NCBI GenBank assembly: GCA_947259365.1
Contig: CAMYMC010000021.1
Coordinates: 135,816 to 199,815 of the forward strand
From: an uncultured Acidimicrobiaceae bacterium
GTDB lineage: Bacteria > Actinomycetota > Acidimicrobiia > Spongiisociales > UBA5794
Direction: 5' to 3'
DNA: 64,000 nt
Shown one piece after another: positions 9,702 through 17,417 of this stretch. Position numbers and translations under genes: made by a program. How positions within the stretch are numbered: the first letter of the stretch is position 1; every line of letters begins with the position of its first letter. Under the pieces are notes generated by a model. It saw only the letters and a list, made by a program, of their open reading frames with translations, did not search any database and was not told the origin of the DNA.

Positions 9702-10247
9702 TTAGAGATTGCCGAGAACCCGTTCGGGATCGATGAACACTGCGGCACGCCGCTCTTCGGCCATGACCCGGTCGTACTCGTCCCAGTCGTCGTGGGTTCC
9801 GCCGGCTGCCGTGAACACTGCCCGCAGCAGCTCGGGGAGCCGGTGCGGATCGAAGCCGGGATAGGGGTCGTCCGGGCCGATGACGTCCGCCGGGCCCTCG
9901 ACGCCGGCCCAGCGCCATCCGGCGCGAAAGACCAGCGATGCCCGCCCGGCGCGGGTGAAGAGCGTGCGCTTCCACGCCTTGCCGCGGACGGCCAGTGCGA
10001 CGACGTCGTGCCCGTCGACCGGGTGCGCCATGACGCCGGCGTTGACGACGGTCGAGTGGACCGAGCCGTCGGGTCGGGTCGTCGAGACGACGGCGAGACC
10101 GCGGTCGGCGGCGGCGATGGCACGGACGTCGTCGAGGGTCGGCACCGGCCCAGTCTCGCACAGCCGGAGTCGCCGCCTCACGGAAGTGCGGGTGCGGGCA
10201 CGAGGTCTCGGCGCAGTCGCTCTCGCGTGATCGACGCCGGGCTTCAT
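9702..10247 (-). CDS. PPOX-class (pyridoxamine 5'-phosphate oxidase-like), probably F420-dependent, oxidoreductase
   Basis: The conserved part runs TLDDVRAIAAADRGLAVVSTTRPDGSVHSTVVNAGV...RASLVF. The start is uncertain: ATG at 10247 or an in-frame GTG at 10181. Confidence 0.6.
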   Translation of the reverse strand: MKPGVDHARATAPRPRARTRTSVRRRLRLCETGPVPTLDDVRAIAAADRGLAVVSTTRPDGSVHSTVVNAGVMAHPVDGHDVVALAVRGKAWKRTLFTRAGRASLVFRAGWRWAGVEGPADVIGPDDPYPGFDPHRLPELLRAVFTAAGGTHDDWDEYDRVMAEERRAAVFIDPERVLGNL

Positions 10248-10495
10248 GCGTCGCCTGGGGACCGTCTGGGTCGGACGCTGAAGCGGGATGGACCACGGTT
10301 GAGGCGACCGGCTTGCCGATCTCGATCGCAGGTCTCCTCTTGCGGGTAGCTTTGGGAGACGCAACGCGGTGAGGGAGCCTGGATGTCGTGTGACAGACGC
10401 CGCCCGCCGGCCTGGTTCGCTGCGGCGCGTCCCATACGCGGCCGGGACCCTGCGCATCGCGCTCGCCGGGACCCGTTCGAGAAGACCGAGCCGGG

Positions 10496-11359
10496 TTGGA
10501 CGTTGCCATGAAGCTCACATTGCTGGGCACCGGCATTCCAGCCCCGACGGCGGAACGCCAGGGGAGTGCCAACCTGGTCGAGATCGGAGAGCAGGTCCTC
10601 CTCGTCGACGCTGGCCGGGGGGCGACCACCCAGTTGGCGCGGGTCGGGTTGGCCCCCGCCGTCGTAGATCAGGTGTTCATCACTCATCACCACTTCGATC
10701 ACATGAGCTGCCTCGACGATCTGCTGCTCAGCGCATGGAACGGTGGCCGGTCCGACCCCATCGCCGTCTTCGGCCCGCCCGGAACCGCAGACATCGTCGA
10801 GACCCTTCTGTACCAGGTGTATCGCCGCGACATCGAGTACCGCTTGTTCGAGGCCGAGAGATTGGGTTTCGTGGTGCCGGACTTGCGGGCCCTCGTCGTG
10901 ACTCGTGATTTGGCGGCGGGCGAGGTGGTGGAGGGGCCTGGATGGTCGGTGCGCGCCGATCTCGTCGAACATGGGCATTCACTCGGCCTCACGCACGAAG
11001 AGTGGCCGTGTCTCGGCTACCGCGTGGAGGCAGAGGGCAGCGTTGTCGTGTTCAGCGGCGATGCGGTCGCGTGTGATGCCCTCGACCGTCTCGCCGAAGG
11101 CGCCGACGTGCTGGTGCACTGTTGCTATCTCGCCGATGTCGAGCTCGACACACACCAACGCCGGATGTTGGCCGATCATGTGCTCGCCGGATCGGTGCAA
11201 GCCGGTGGCACGGCGGCGCGAGCGCACGTCAAGAAGCTGGTGCTCACTCATCTCGCGCCGAAGAGCCCAGATGCGCTGGCGGCCATCGAGCATGACGTCC
11301 GCCGTTCGTACACCGGTGACATGGTCATCGGGGAAGATCTGCTCAGCATCGAAGTCTGA
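10496..11359 (+). CDS. MBL-fold metallo-hydrolase (RNase Z/BN-like)
   Basis: 287 aa with KLTLLGTGIPAP, the ITHHHFDH motif and a C-terminal VLTHL. The start could instead be the MKL codon 12 nt downstream. Confidence 0.8.
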   Translation: MDVAMKLTLLGTGIPAPTAERQGSANLVEIGEQVLLVDAGRGATTQLARVGLAPAVVDQVFITHHHFDHMSCLDDLLLSAWNGGRSDPIAVFGPPGTADIVETLLYQVYRRDIEYRLFEAERLGFVVPDLRALVVTRDLAAGEVVEGPGWSVRADLVEHGHSLGLTHEEWPCLGYRVEAEGSVVVFSGDAVACDALDRLAEGADVLVHCCYLADVELDTHQRRMLADHVLAGSVQAGGTAARAHVKKLVLTHLAPKSPDALAAIEHDVRRSYTGDMVIGEDLLSIEV

Positions 11360-11410
11360 GCCGAGGCCCCGTCTCCCGGCCATACCCACCGATTGGCCGC
11401 CGGCGGGGGA

Positions 11411-11761
11411 CTACCCGACGGAGCAAACGCCGACGGTCCCACTGATCGGAGTCATGGATGAACCGCCAGTCTCCGCTCCCCGGCGTGTTCCCCGGACGCT
11501 TGTCACGGAGCGTGTCCCTCCCAGGACCGCCGGCGAACGAGATTGCCGACGCGGACCGTGCCTCAAGCTGCGTACGCGCTGGCTGCGCGGACCACGTCCT
11601 CTCCGGTCCCTGCCGGCGGCTCCATGGGCCTCCTGCAACATCGCGCGCAGCTCGTGTTGCCGGTGCTTCAGCGCGAGACGCTGGTCGAAGTCGTTCGCGG
11701 AGAGCGCGGCGAGGGCGTCCATCACCGAGGCGAGCTCGGTCAGAATCTGGTGCCCGTCCAT
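11411..11761 (-). CDS. hypothetical small protein
   Basis: From the ATG (MDGHQILTELASVMDALAALSANDFDQRLALKHRQHELRAMLQEAH) the first ~50 codons have strong GC3. The Arg-rich remainder has weaker codon bias, so the 3' end is doubtful. Confidence 0.3.
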   Translation of the reverse strand: MDGHQILTELASVMDALAALSANDFDQRLALKHRQHELRAMLQEAHGAAGRDRRGRGPRSQRVRSLRHGPRRQSRSPAVLGGTRSVTSVRGTRRGAETGGSSMTPISGTVGVCSVG

Positions 11762-11898
11762 CGTCCAAACATGTCGAACTGCGCTTCGACGTGTCGGGCC
11801 ATCGTTCCCGGTGGTGTCGAGGTGCGACCTCGCCCGAGTTGGCGGCTGCCCATTGCTCACCGGGTGGCGAACCGCCGTGCGGCTACGATCCTTGCGCA

Positions 11899-12387
11899 GT
11901 GCTCACCCCCGGAACCGTGGCACCCGACTTCGACGTCGCCGACCAGTGGGGCGGCCGCGTCCGACTCCGCGACCTTCGCGGCACCTGGGTGGTGCTGTGG
12001 TGGTACCCGAAAGCCGCCACGTCGGGATGAACGGATGAAGGGCAGGGGTTCCGTGACCGAATCCCGGACTTCGACGGGCTCGGCGTGGTGATCCTCGGCA
12101 TCTCCTACGACACCCCCGATGACAACCGCGCCTGGGCTGAGAAGCACCGGTTCCCGTTCCAGCTCCTCTCCGACGAGGATCGCTCCGTGGCCGGGGCCTA
12201 CGGCGCAGTCCGCCACCCCGACGATGCCTCCCCCGGGCGCCCCCGGAGGATCACCTACGTCATCGACCCGGCGGGTGTGATCCGGCTGTCGTATCGCGTG
12301 GCCTCAGCCGACATCGCCGGCCACGCCGACCGGGTGCTCGCCGACGTGGAGGTACGCATCGACGCACCGCGCCGCGGCGGGGTCTGA
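11899..12387 (+). CDS. Bcp/PrxQ-type peroxiredoxin with in-frame TGA at the peroxidatic Cys position (probable selenoprotein)
   Basis: Track ORFs 11458..12030 and 12085..12387 are in the same frame with no other stop between them. Read-through gives VLTPGTVAPDFDVADQWGGRVRLRDLRGTWVVLWWYPKAATSG[TGA]TDEGQGFRDRIPDFDGLGVVILGISYDTPDDNRAWAEKHRFPF. That is the PxxxTxxC motif with TGA (12028-12030) in place of C. The GTG start at 11899 gives a typical ~160-aa length. Confidence 0.7.
12045..12065 (+). promoter_or_regulatory. SECIS-like hairpin downstream of the peroxiredoxin TGA
   Basis: GGGGUUC-CGUGACC-GAAUCCC has a 7-bp stem with one G-U pair. It starts 15 nt after the UGA and has GU in the apical loop. 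Confidence 0.45.
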
Positions 12388-12470
12388 GCGCTTCTTCGAG
12401 CACATTGGCGGCAACCGAGCCGTCGTTCGGGTGGCGCAGCCCGCAACGCAACGACCGGTAGCCTCGGCCA

Positions 12471-13676
12471 ATGCGCAGAGCCCTCGCAGCGCTCCTGGTC
12501 ACGATCACGGCGTGCTCGCAAGGCGCACCGGCGCCGACCACCAGTTCGGTGTCGTCGACCCTCCCGACGCCGGTGTCCACGCCGCCCGCCACCACGTCGC
12601 CGCCCGCGACGTCCACCACAACCGGGCATTCTGCTCCTCCCGTATATCTCACGTGGGTGTCGGGGCGCCTCCCCGACGGGTTCGGGGATCTCGTCGCCTC
12701 GGTTGCCGGCGTCGAGCGCGTCACCGTCGTCTCGGCCGGGATCGGCGACCTCGTCGCATCGAGGAACCCAGCCGGTATCCCGATGGACGGCCCTCCGGAC
12801 GGCTTCGCGTTCCCGCTCGAGGTCTTCGCCGTCGACGGTGACGGCTACGCCTCGTTCCTCGGTCCCGACGAGGCGGGCATCATCGCCTCGCTCGGTCCCC
12901 ATGAGGTCGTGCTCGGTGCGACCTCGGCAGCGGTCCGCGGGCTCGGCGTCGATGGGGTACTCGGCTTCCGCACCGGCGACGGCGCGACGGTCGAGGTGAG
13001 GGTGGCGGCCGTGCTCCCCGATGTGACAGTCGGTGGCGCCGAGGTCATGACGGTCGCCGGCGACGCCATCGCCCCGGGCAGGCTCACCCCACGCTACGCC
13101 CTCGTCGCCGGTGACGTCACGAAGGGGGTGTTGCGGGCAGGCCTCGCTTCCGGCCTCGGCGAGGACAGCCCGTTCCAGGTCCTCGCCGAGGGAGAGACGC
13201 CCATCTTCCGTCACGCCGACGCGGTCCGGCCGCAGAGCTGGATCAAGCTCCGGTTCGGGGAGTTCGCCTATCGCGACGGCGAGGGCCGGCGAATCGAGAT
13301 CGACCCGGCGTGGGTGGAGGACAACATCGTGGAGGTCGTCGTTCCACTGCTCGGCCGCTTCAAGTGCCACCGGGACTTCGCCGAGCTTCTCGACGGCGTC
13401 ATGCGCTCCCTCGTCGAGATCGGGGCCACCGACGTCGTCGACGGCGACGCGTTCTTCGGGTGCTGGAACCCCAGGTGGATCAGCGACAGACGCGGCCTCA
13501 GCCGCCACGCGTGGGGCGTCGCCGCCGACATCAACCTGGGGAACGCGACGGATGGCGGGCCCGGGTCCCCGGTGAATCCGCTGCTGCTCGAGGCGATGGA
13601 GGAGGCGGGAACGACCTCGGGGCACACCTGGGTGGAGCCGGACGCGGGTCACTTCGAGTGGTATCGCGACCGTTAG
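12471..13676 (+). CDS. lipoprotein with C-terminal M15-family (VanY/D-Ala-D-Ala carboxypeptidase-like) metallopeptidase domain
   Basis: Lipobox LLVTITAC is followed by a Ser/Thr/Pro linker. SRHAWGVAAD (HxxxxxxD) and DAGHFEW are the zinc-ligand motifs. Confidence 0.75.
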   Translation: MRRALAALLVTITACSQGAPAPTTSSVSSTLPTPVSTPPATTSPPATSTTTGHSAPPVYLTWVSGRLPDGFGDLVASVAGVERVTVVSAGIGDLVASRNPAGIPMDGPPDGFAFPLEVFAVDGDGYASFLGPDEAGIIASLGPHEVVLGATSAAVRGLGVDGVLGFRTGDGATVEVRVAAVLPDVTVGGAEVMTVAGDAIAPGRLTPRYALVAGDVTKGVLRAGLASGLGEDSPFQVLAEGETPIFRHADAVRPQSWIKLRFGEFAYRDGEGRRIEIDPAWVEDNIVEVVVPLLGRFKCHRDFAELLDGVMRSLVEIGATDVVDGDAFFGCWNPRWISDRRGLSRHAWGVAADINLGNATDGGPGSPVNPLLLEAMEEAGTTSGHTWVEPDAGHFEWYRDR

Positions 13677-13703
13677 GACGCCAGACGTGTCAAGGACGGC
13701 GGC

Positions 13704-14135
13704 TCAGCGCCGGGTGCGGACGAGCTGGAGCCCGCCGGCGGCCATGAGCCCGGCTCCGGCGTAGAACCCGAGCCGGAACAGCCACGTGATGTCGTTCCTG
13801 CTGTACGCCCTGAAGTCCTCGAAGAACGCCTGAAGGCCGAGGAGGCCCACAGCGATGGCGGCGACGGCGACGATCCACGGGTACAACGAGTGCCATGGGG
13901 CCTGGGCCGCCTTGAAATAGCTGTAGACCCCGACGAGCGTCCCGACGGCGAGGAGCCAACCGACCTCGGCGACCTGGTACTCGTTGAAGAGCACGTCGCC
14001 GACGAGCCAGGAGAGCCCGGCGACGAGGGCGGCGCCGACGACGACGAGCCGCTCGGCCGTGGTCAGCTGTTCGAAGACCTCTCCGACCGGATTTGGCTCC
14101 TCTTCGGGCCGCGGCTGCGGTGTCGGGTCGGTCAT
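13704..14135 (-). CDS. hypothetical membrane protein
   Basis: 143 aa with four hydrophobic segments, in a good GC3 frame. Confidence 0.65.
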   Translation of the reverse strand: MTDPTPQPRPEEEPNPVGEVFEQLTTAERLVVVGAALVAGLSWLVGDVLFNEYQVAEVGWLLAVGTLVGVYSYFKAAQAPWHSLYPWIVAVAAIAVGLLGLQAFFEDFRAYSRNDITWLFRLGFYAGAGLMAAGGLQLVRTRR

Positions 14136-14173
14136 GGCCCCTCCCTTCGTGCGTGCGCGACTCTACGGCACAG

Positions 14174-14965
14174 TCACCCCTGCCCGAACACGACGACCTC
14201 TGTGTTGGAGCAGGCCGACGATCCCAGATCGCAGACGACGTAGGTATATGTCGCATTGCCCGTCGTCCCGATCGCGTCGGTATGCGTGAAGCCGGCGGCG
14301 CTGGCGATCGACGCTCCGTCGCGCAGAATGTCGACCGCCGTGGACCCGGTCCATGTGAGATCGACCGTGTGCTTGCCCTGAACCTTGTAGCCGGTTGCGC
14401 TCAGGGTCATCGTCGGCGGCGGTGTCGTCGTGGTCGTCGTCGTGGTCGTCGTCGTGGTGGGTGGCACGGTCGTGGTCGTGGTGGGTGGCACGGTGGTGGT
14501 CGTGGTCGTGGTGGGTGGCACGGTGGTGGTCGTGGTCGTGGTGGGTGGCACGGTCGTGGTCGTGGTGGTCGTGGTGGTGGTGGTGGTCGTGGTGGTCGTG
14601 GCGATCGTTGTCGTGGTGGTCGTCGTGGCTCCGGGCACGGTTGTCGTCGGTGAGGGTGGCGCCGTCGTCGACGCAGGGAGGGTGGACGACGTCGAAGCGC
14701 CGGGCAGTGTCGTGGTTGCACCCGTTGTGGCCGGGGTCGTCGCCGGGTCGGTCGCGGCCGCCGCTTGCGTTGTCGACGCCGCAGCCGCGTCTGTGGTCGG
14801 CAACGCCTCCCCGACCGGGCCGGCCACGACGGTGCCGTCGGCGAAGTCGGTATCGGGGAGTCCGCTCGTGTCGGGCACCGCGGCGCCGCACGCCGCAGCA
14901 ACGATGGCGAGAGCGGCGAGCGTCAGCCACCCCTGCCTGTTCGCATTGCTCCATCTGCTCAGCAC
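14174..14965 (-). CDS. Thr/Pro-rich secreted lipoprotein with small C-terminal Ig-like domain
   Basis: Lipobox AIVAAAC, then a long poly-Thr tract with VPPTTTTTTT repeats. The C-terminal YKVQGKHTVDLTWTGSTAVDILRDG...YTYVVCDLGSSACSN resembles the C-terminal domains of secreted proteases. GTG start. Confidence 0.7.
   Translation of the reverse strand: MLSRWSNANRQGWLTLAALAIVAAACGAAVPDTSGLPDTDFADGTVVAGPVGEALPTTDAAAASTTQAAAATDPATTPATTGATTTLPGASTSSTLPASTTAPPSPTTTVPGATTTTTTTIATTTTTTTTTTTTTTTTVPPTTTTTTTVPPTTTTTTTVPPTTTTTVPPTTTTTTTTTTTTPPPTMTLSATGYKVQGKHTVDLTWTGSTAVDILRDGASIASAAGFTHTDAIGTTGNATYTYVVCDLGSSACSNTEVVVFGQG
14454..14567. repeat. tandem 24-30 bp repeats encoding the VPPT(n) units
   Basis: The unit GTGGTGGGTGGCACGGT(G/C)GTGGTC(GTGGTC) occurs about 4 times. 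Units 14478-14507 and 14508-14537 are identical. Confidence 0.8.
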
Positions 14966-15107
14966 CGGTCCAACTCCCCTCGCGCCCCCGGCGCGCCCCC
15001 TTCCAGTGCTCGCGGCCGCCGGCTTCGAAGAGCCGCCGGCGCAGCATCACGAAAGGGCACGTCCCCGGACGTGCCCTCCCGTCGTCAAGCCGGTTGCCAG
15101 TGTACCG

Positions 15108-15332
15108 TCACCCCTCGCCGCCGCCAGCGGCAGGTGGCTGGGCCGGCGTGAGTCGCTTCCTGCCGAACGGCGCCCACCAGGCGAGCGCGATACCGCCCAC
15201 GGCGCCGATGATGATGAGCGGGAGCAGCAGGTTGTTGTTGGACGGCACGATGCCGCCGAGCCACAGATCCAGCCACACGAACAGGCCGAGAAAGGCTCCC
15301 GCGACGAAGCCGAGTATGGGTCGTCCTCTCAC
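15108..15332 (-). CDS. small hypothetical membrane protein
   Basis: 74 aa with two hydrophobic helices. Its GTG start overlaps the upstream stop (GTGA), which suggests translational coupling. Confidence 0.5.
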   Translation of the reverse strand: MRGRPILGFVAGAFLGLFVWLDLWLGGIVPSNNNLLLPLIIIGAVGGIALAWWAPFGRKRLTPAQPPAAGGGEG

Positions 15333-15877
15333 AACTGCCTCGCTCTCATCGCCACTCCGACGCCGACGATCGACACCACGGTGAGCACGATGGTCCCGAT
15401 GAGCAGCGGACTCGTGCCTTCGAAGTGGAGCGTCACCGACCCGCTACACCACACCGAGCCGCTCTCGGAGTGGGAGCCGACGACGACGATGTCGTAGCCG
15501 GAGAGGATCGACGGCAGATCGTACGTGTAGGTGCCACGGCTGGACGTGCCGGTTGCGTCCTCGTCGAACCAGTCACCGGCGGTGATGTTCGGCACCGGGA
15601 ACGGGAAGTCGACGGCGACCGACCCGCTGATCTCGCGCCCTTCCGGGGGCGGCGTCACACCGTTGACGGCGCCCTCCCATGAGACGCTCGCCTTCAGCGG
15701 GATCTCGGGGAACGGCTGCAGCTGGGCGGCGTCGATGAACGGGCCGGGCGTGAAATCGCCCGTCCCCTCGCAGTTCCCCGGCGGGTTGATCGTCGCCGCC
15801 GCCGGCCCGGCCGTGAGCGCCGCCAGCATGAATAAGGCCCCGCCGAGGCTGGTCCACCTGGCGAATTGCCGTCGCAC
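15329..15877 (-). CDS. hypothetical secreted protein with C-terminal membrane anchor
   Basis: GTG start with GGAGGGGG 6 nt upstream. Signal-like N-terminus VRRQFARWTSLGGALFMLAALTAGPAAA and C-terminal TM LLIGTIVLTVVSIVGVGVA. Confidence 0.6.
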   Translation of the reverse strand: MRRQFARWTSLGGALFMLAALTAGPAAATINPPGNCEGTGDFTPGPFIDAAQLQPFPEIPLKASVSWEGAVNGVTPPPEGREISGSVAVDFPFPVPNITAGDWFDEDATGTSSRGTYTYDLPSILSGYDIVVVGSHSESGSVWCSGSVTLHFEGTSPLLIGTIVLTVVSIVGVGVAMRARQL

Positions 15878-15911
15878 GTTCCACCCCCTCCGGTCGCGTC
15901 GGGGCCTCACC

Positions 15912-17341
15912 CTACCGATCCGGCTCCGTGCTGCGCGGGACCGCATCCCCCACGCTGCCCCTGCGGCGGAGGATGGAGCTGACCTCGTCGATGTCTCCGG
16001 GAGCCGTTTGCGCCGCCCTGGCGTACATCCAGCCGGTCGGGAGGAAGAAGACCTGGAAGCCTGCGAGTCCGACCGCCCAGTTGAGCGGTGGCGGGAAGGC
16101 CCGCTCGATGCTGCCGGCGAGCGCACCGACGAGTCCGTTGCCCGAGGCCCTGCCGACCCCGTTGGCGAGATTGCCGAGCCCGAACACCGTTCCCCTGTGC
16201 TCGGGGAGGTTGACGTCGGAGATGAGGGCGAACCAGTTGGGTGAGTCGGCGCTCGTGAACGCCAGCGCCAGCAGCGACATGAAGAACGCCGCCGTCACCC
16301 ACCCGTTCGTGACGATGCTGCCGAGCACCTCGGGCACGAGCGTCGCCGTGCTCCCCCCGGGTGTGACCTCGAGGCCCCGCAGCGGGATGAAGAAGAACGC
16401 GAGGAAGAAGGGGATCGCGCCGAGGATGCCGACGGAGGACACGATGGCGCGGCCGGACTTCGTCCGCTGCTGCACCCTGTCCCCGATCCAGCCGGCGAGG
16501 ATCGAGAAGAGCCCGCCGAGCTGGAAGATCGCGCCGAAGAGCCCGCCGACCTTCGTCGCGGTCGCGGTGTCGTAGCCCTCGGCGACGATCTTCTCCTTGT
16601 AGATCCGTAGGCGAACTGGGCGCTGAGGCCCTGGAGGATGAGCCACATGTTCGTCCTGCGGCGAAGCAGGCCGGGGATCTGGCGGTGGTCGATGCGGTAC
16701 TCGTAATCGGCGCCCGCCGCCCGCAGCTCCTCCAGCTCGGGTTCGCGGTACCCCCGCGGCGCCTCGTAGGTGAGCAGGTAGAGGACGGCGAAGACGGCGC
16801 CGAGCGCAGCCATGACGAGGAGCGGGCGGCGGAAGTCCCCGGCCCCGAGCTGGCTGGCGATCAGACCGCCCGCGAGTCCTCCGATGCCCTGGGAGAGGCC
16901 CCAGAAGCTCATCGCGAGACCACGGCGCGCCGGCGATACGAAGTCGCTCACGACCGAGAAGCCCACCGAGGCGATGGAGCCGAGGCCGATCGCCGTCAGG
17001 CTTTGGAACATGAACAGGGCGCCGAAGCTGCCGGCGCGAGAGCTGAGGAAGACTCCGACCGCCCAGATGGCCGTACCGATGAACAGGAGACGCTTGCGGC
17101 TGGAGCGATCGCCCCAGTAGCCCCATGCCACGGCAGTCACCGCGGTGACGAGCAGCACGGTGCCGGTCATGAATCCGATCGCCTGGTCGGAGGTGCCGAG
17201 TGACTCCGCCACCGGCTTGACCATCGACGGGAACAGCGCGAGCGCGCTGTTGTCGAGCGAAGCGAGGACGATGAAGACGACGATGGTGAAGATCACGTGG
17301 CCCCGTGAGCCCCACCACGGCGGCCTCCGCTGTTGCGTCAT
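15912..17341 (-). pseudogene. MFS transporter with an apparent 1-nt frameshift
   Basis: The N-terminal half (MTQQRRPPWW...NMWLILQGLSAQFAYG) is in the 16295..17764 frame. The C-terminal half (IYKEKIVAEGYDTATATKVGGLFG...) is in the 15912..19163 frame. The junction is at about 16603-16607. This could be a sequencing error. Confidence 0.6.
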
Positions 17342-17417
17342 GGCCGTGGAGTCTCCAGACAACTTCGCCGCGCCGCAAGTAGGGGCGGTAGCCTCCGCCC
17401 CCGATGCGGGAGCCGAC

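Noticed and set aside
11458-11898. Upstream 147 codons of the track ORF that runs into the peroxiredoxin
   Set aside because: The translation is Arg/Ser/Pro-rich with poor GC3. Peroxiredoxin similarity only starts at VLTPGTVAPDF, so the GTG at 11899 was taken as the start.
12028-12030. The TGAs at 12028 and 19847 as plain nonsense mutations (pseudogenes) or base-call errors
   Set aside because: This is not fully excluded. It is disfavoured because both fall exactly on catalytic Cys codons of known selenoprotein families. Coding bias also continues downstream of each, and each is followed by a hairpin at SECIS-like distance.
14401-14640. CRISPR-like regular repeats
   Set aside because: The repeats are contiguous with no spacers and lie in-frame inside a gene, where they encode poly-Thr/Pro.
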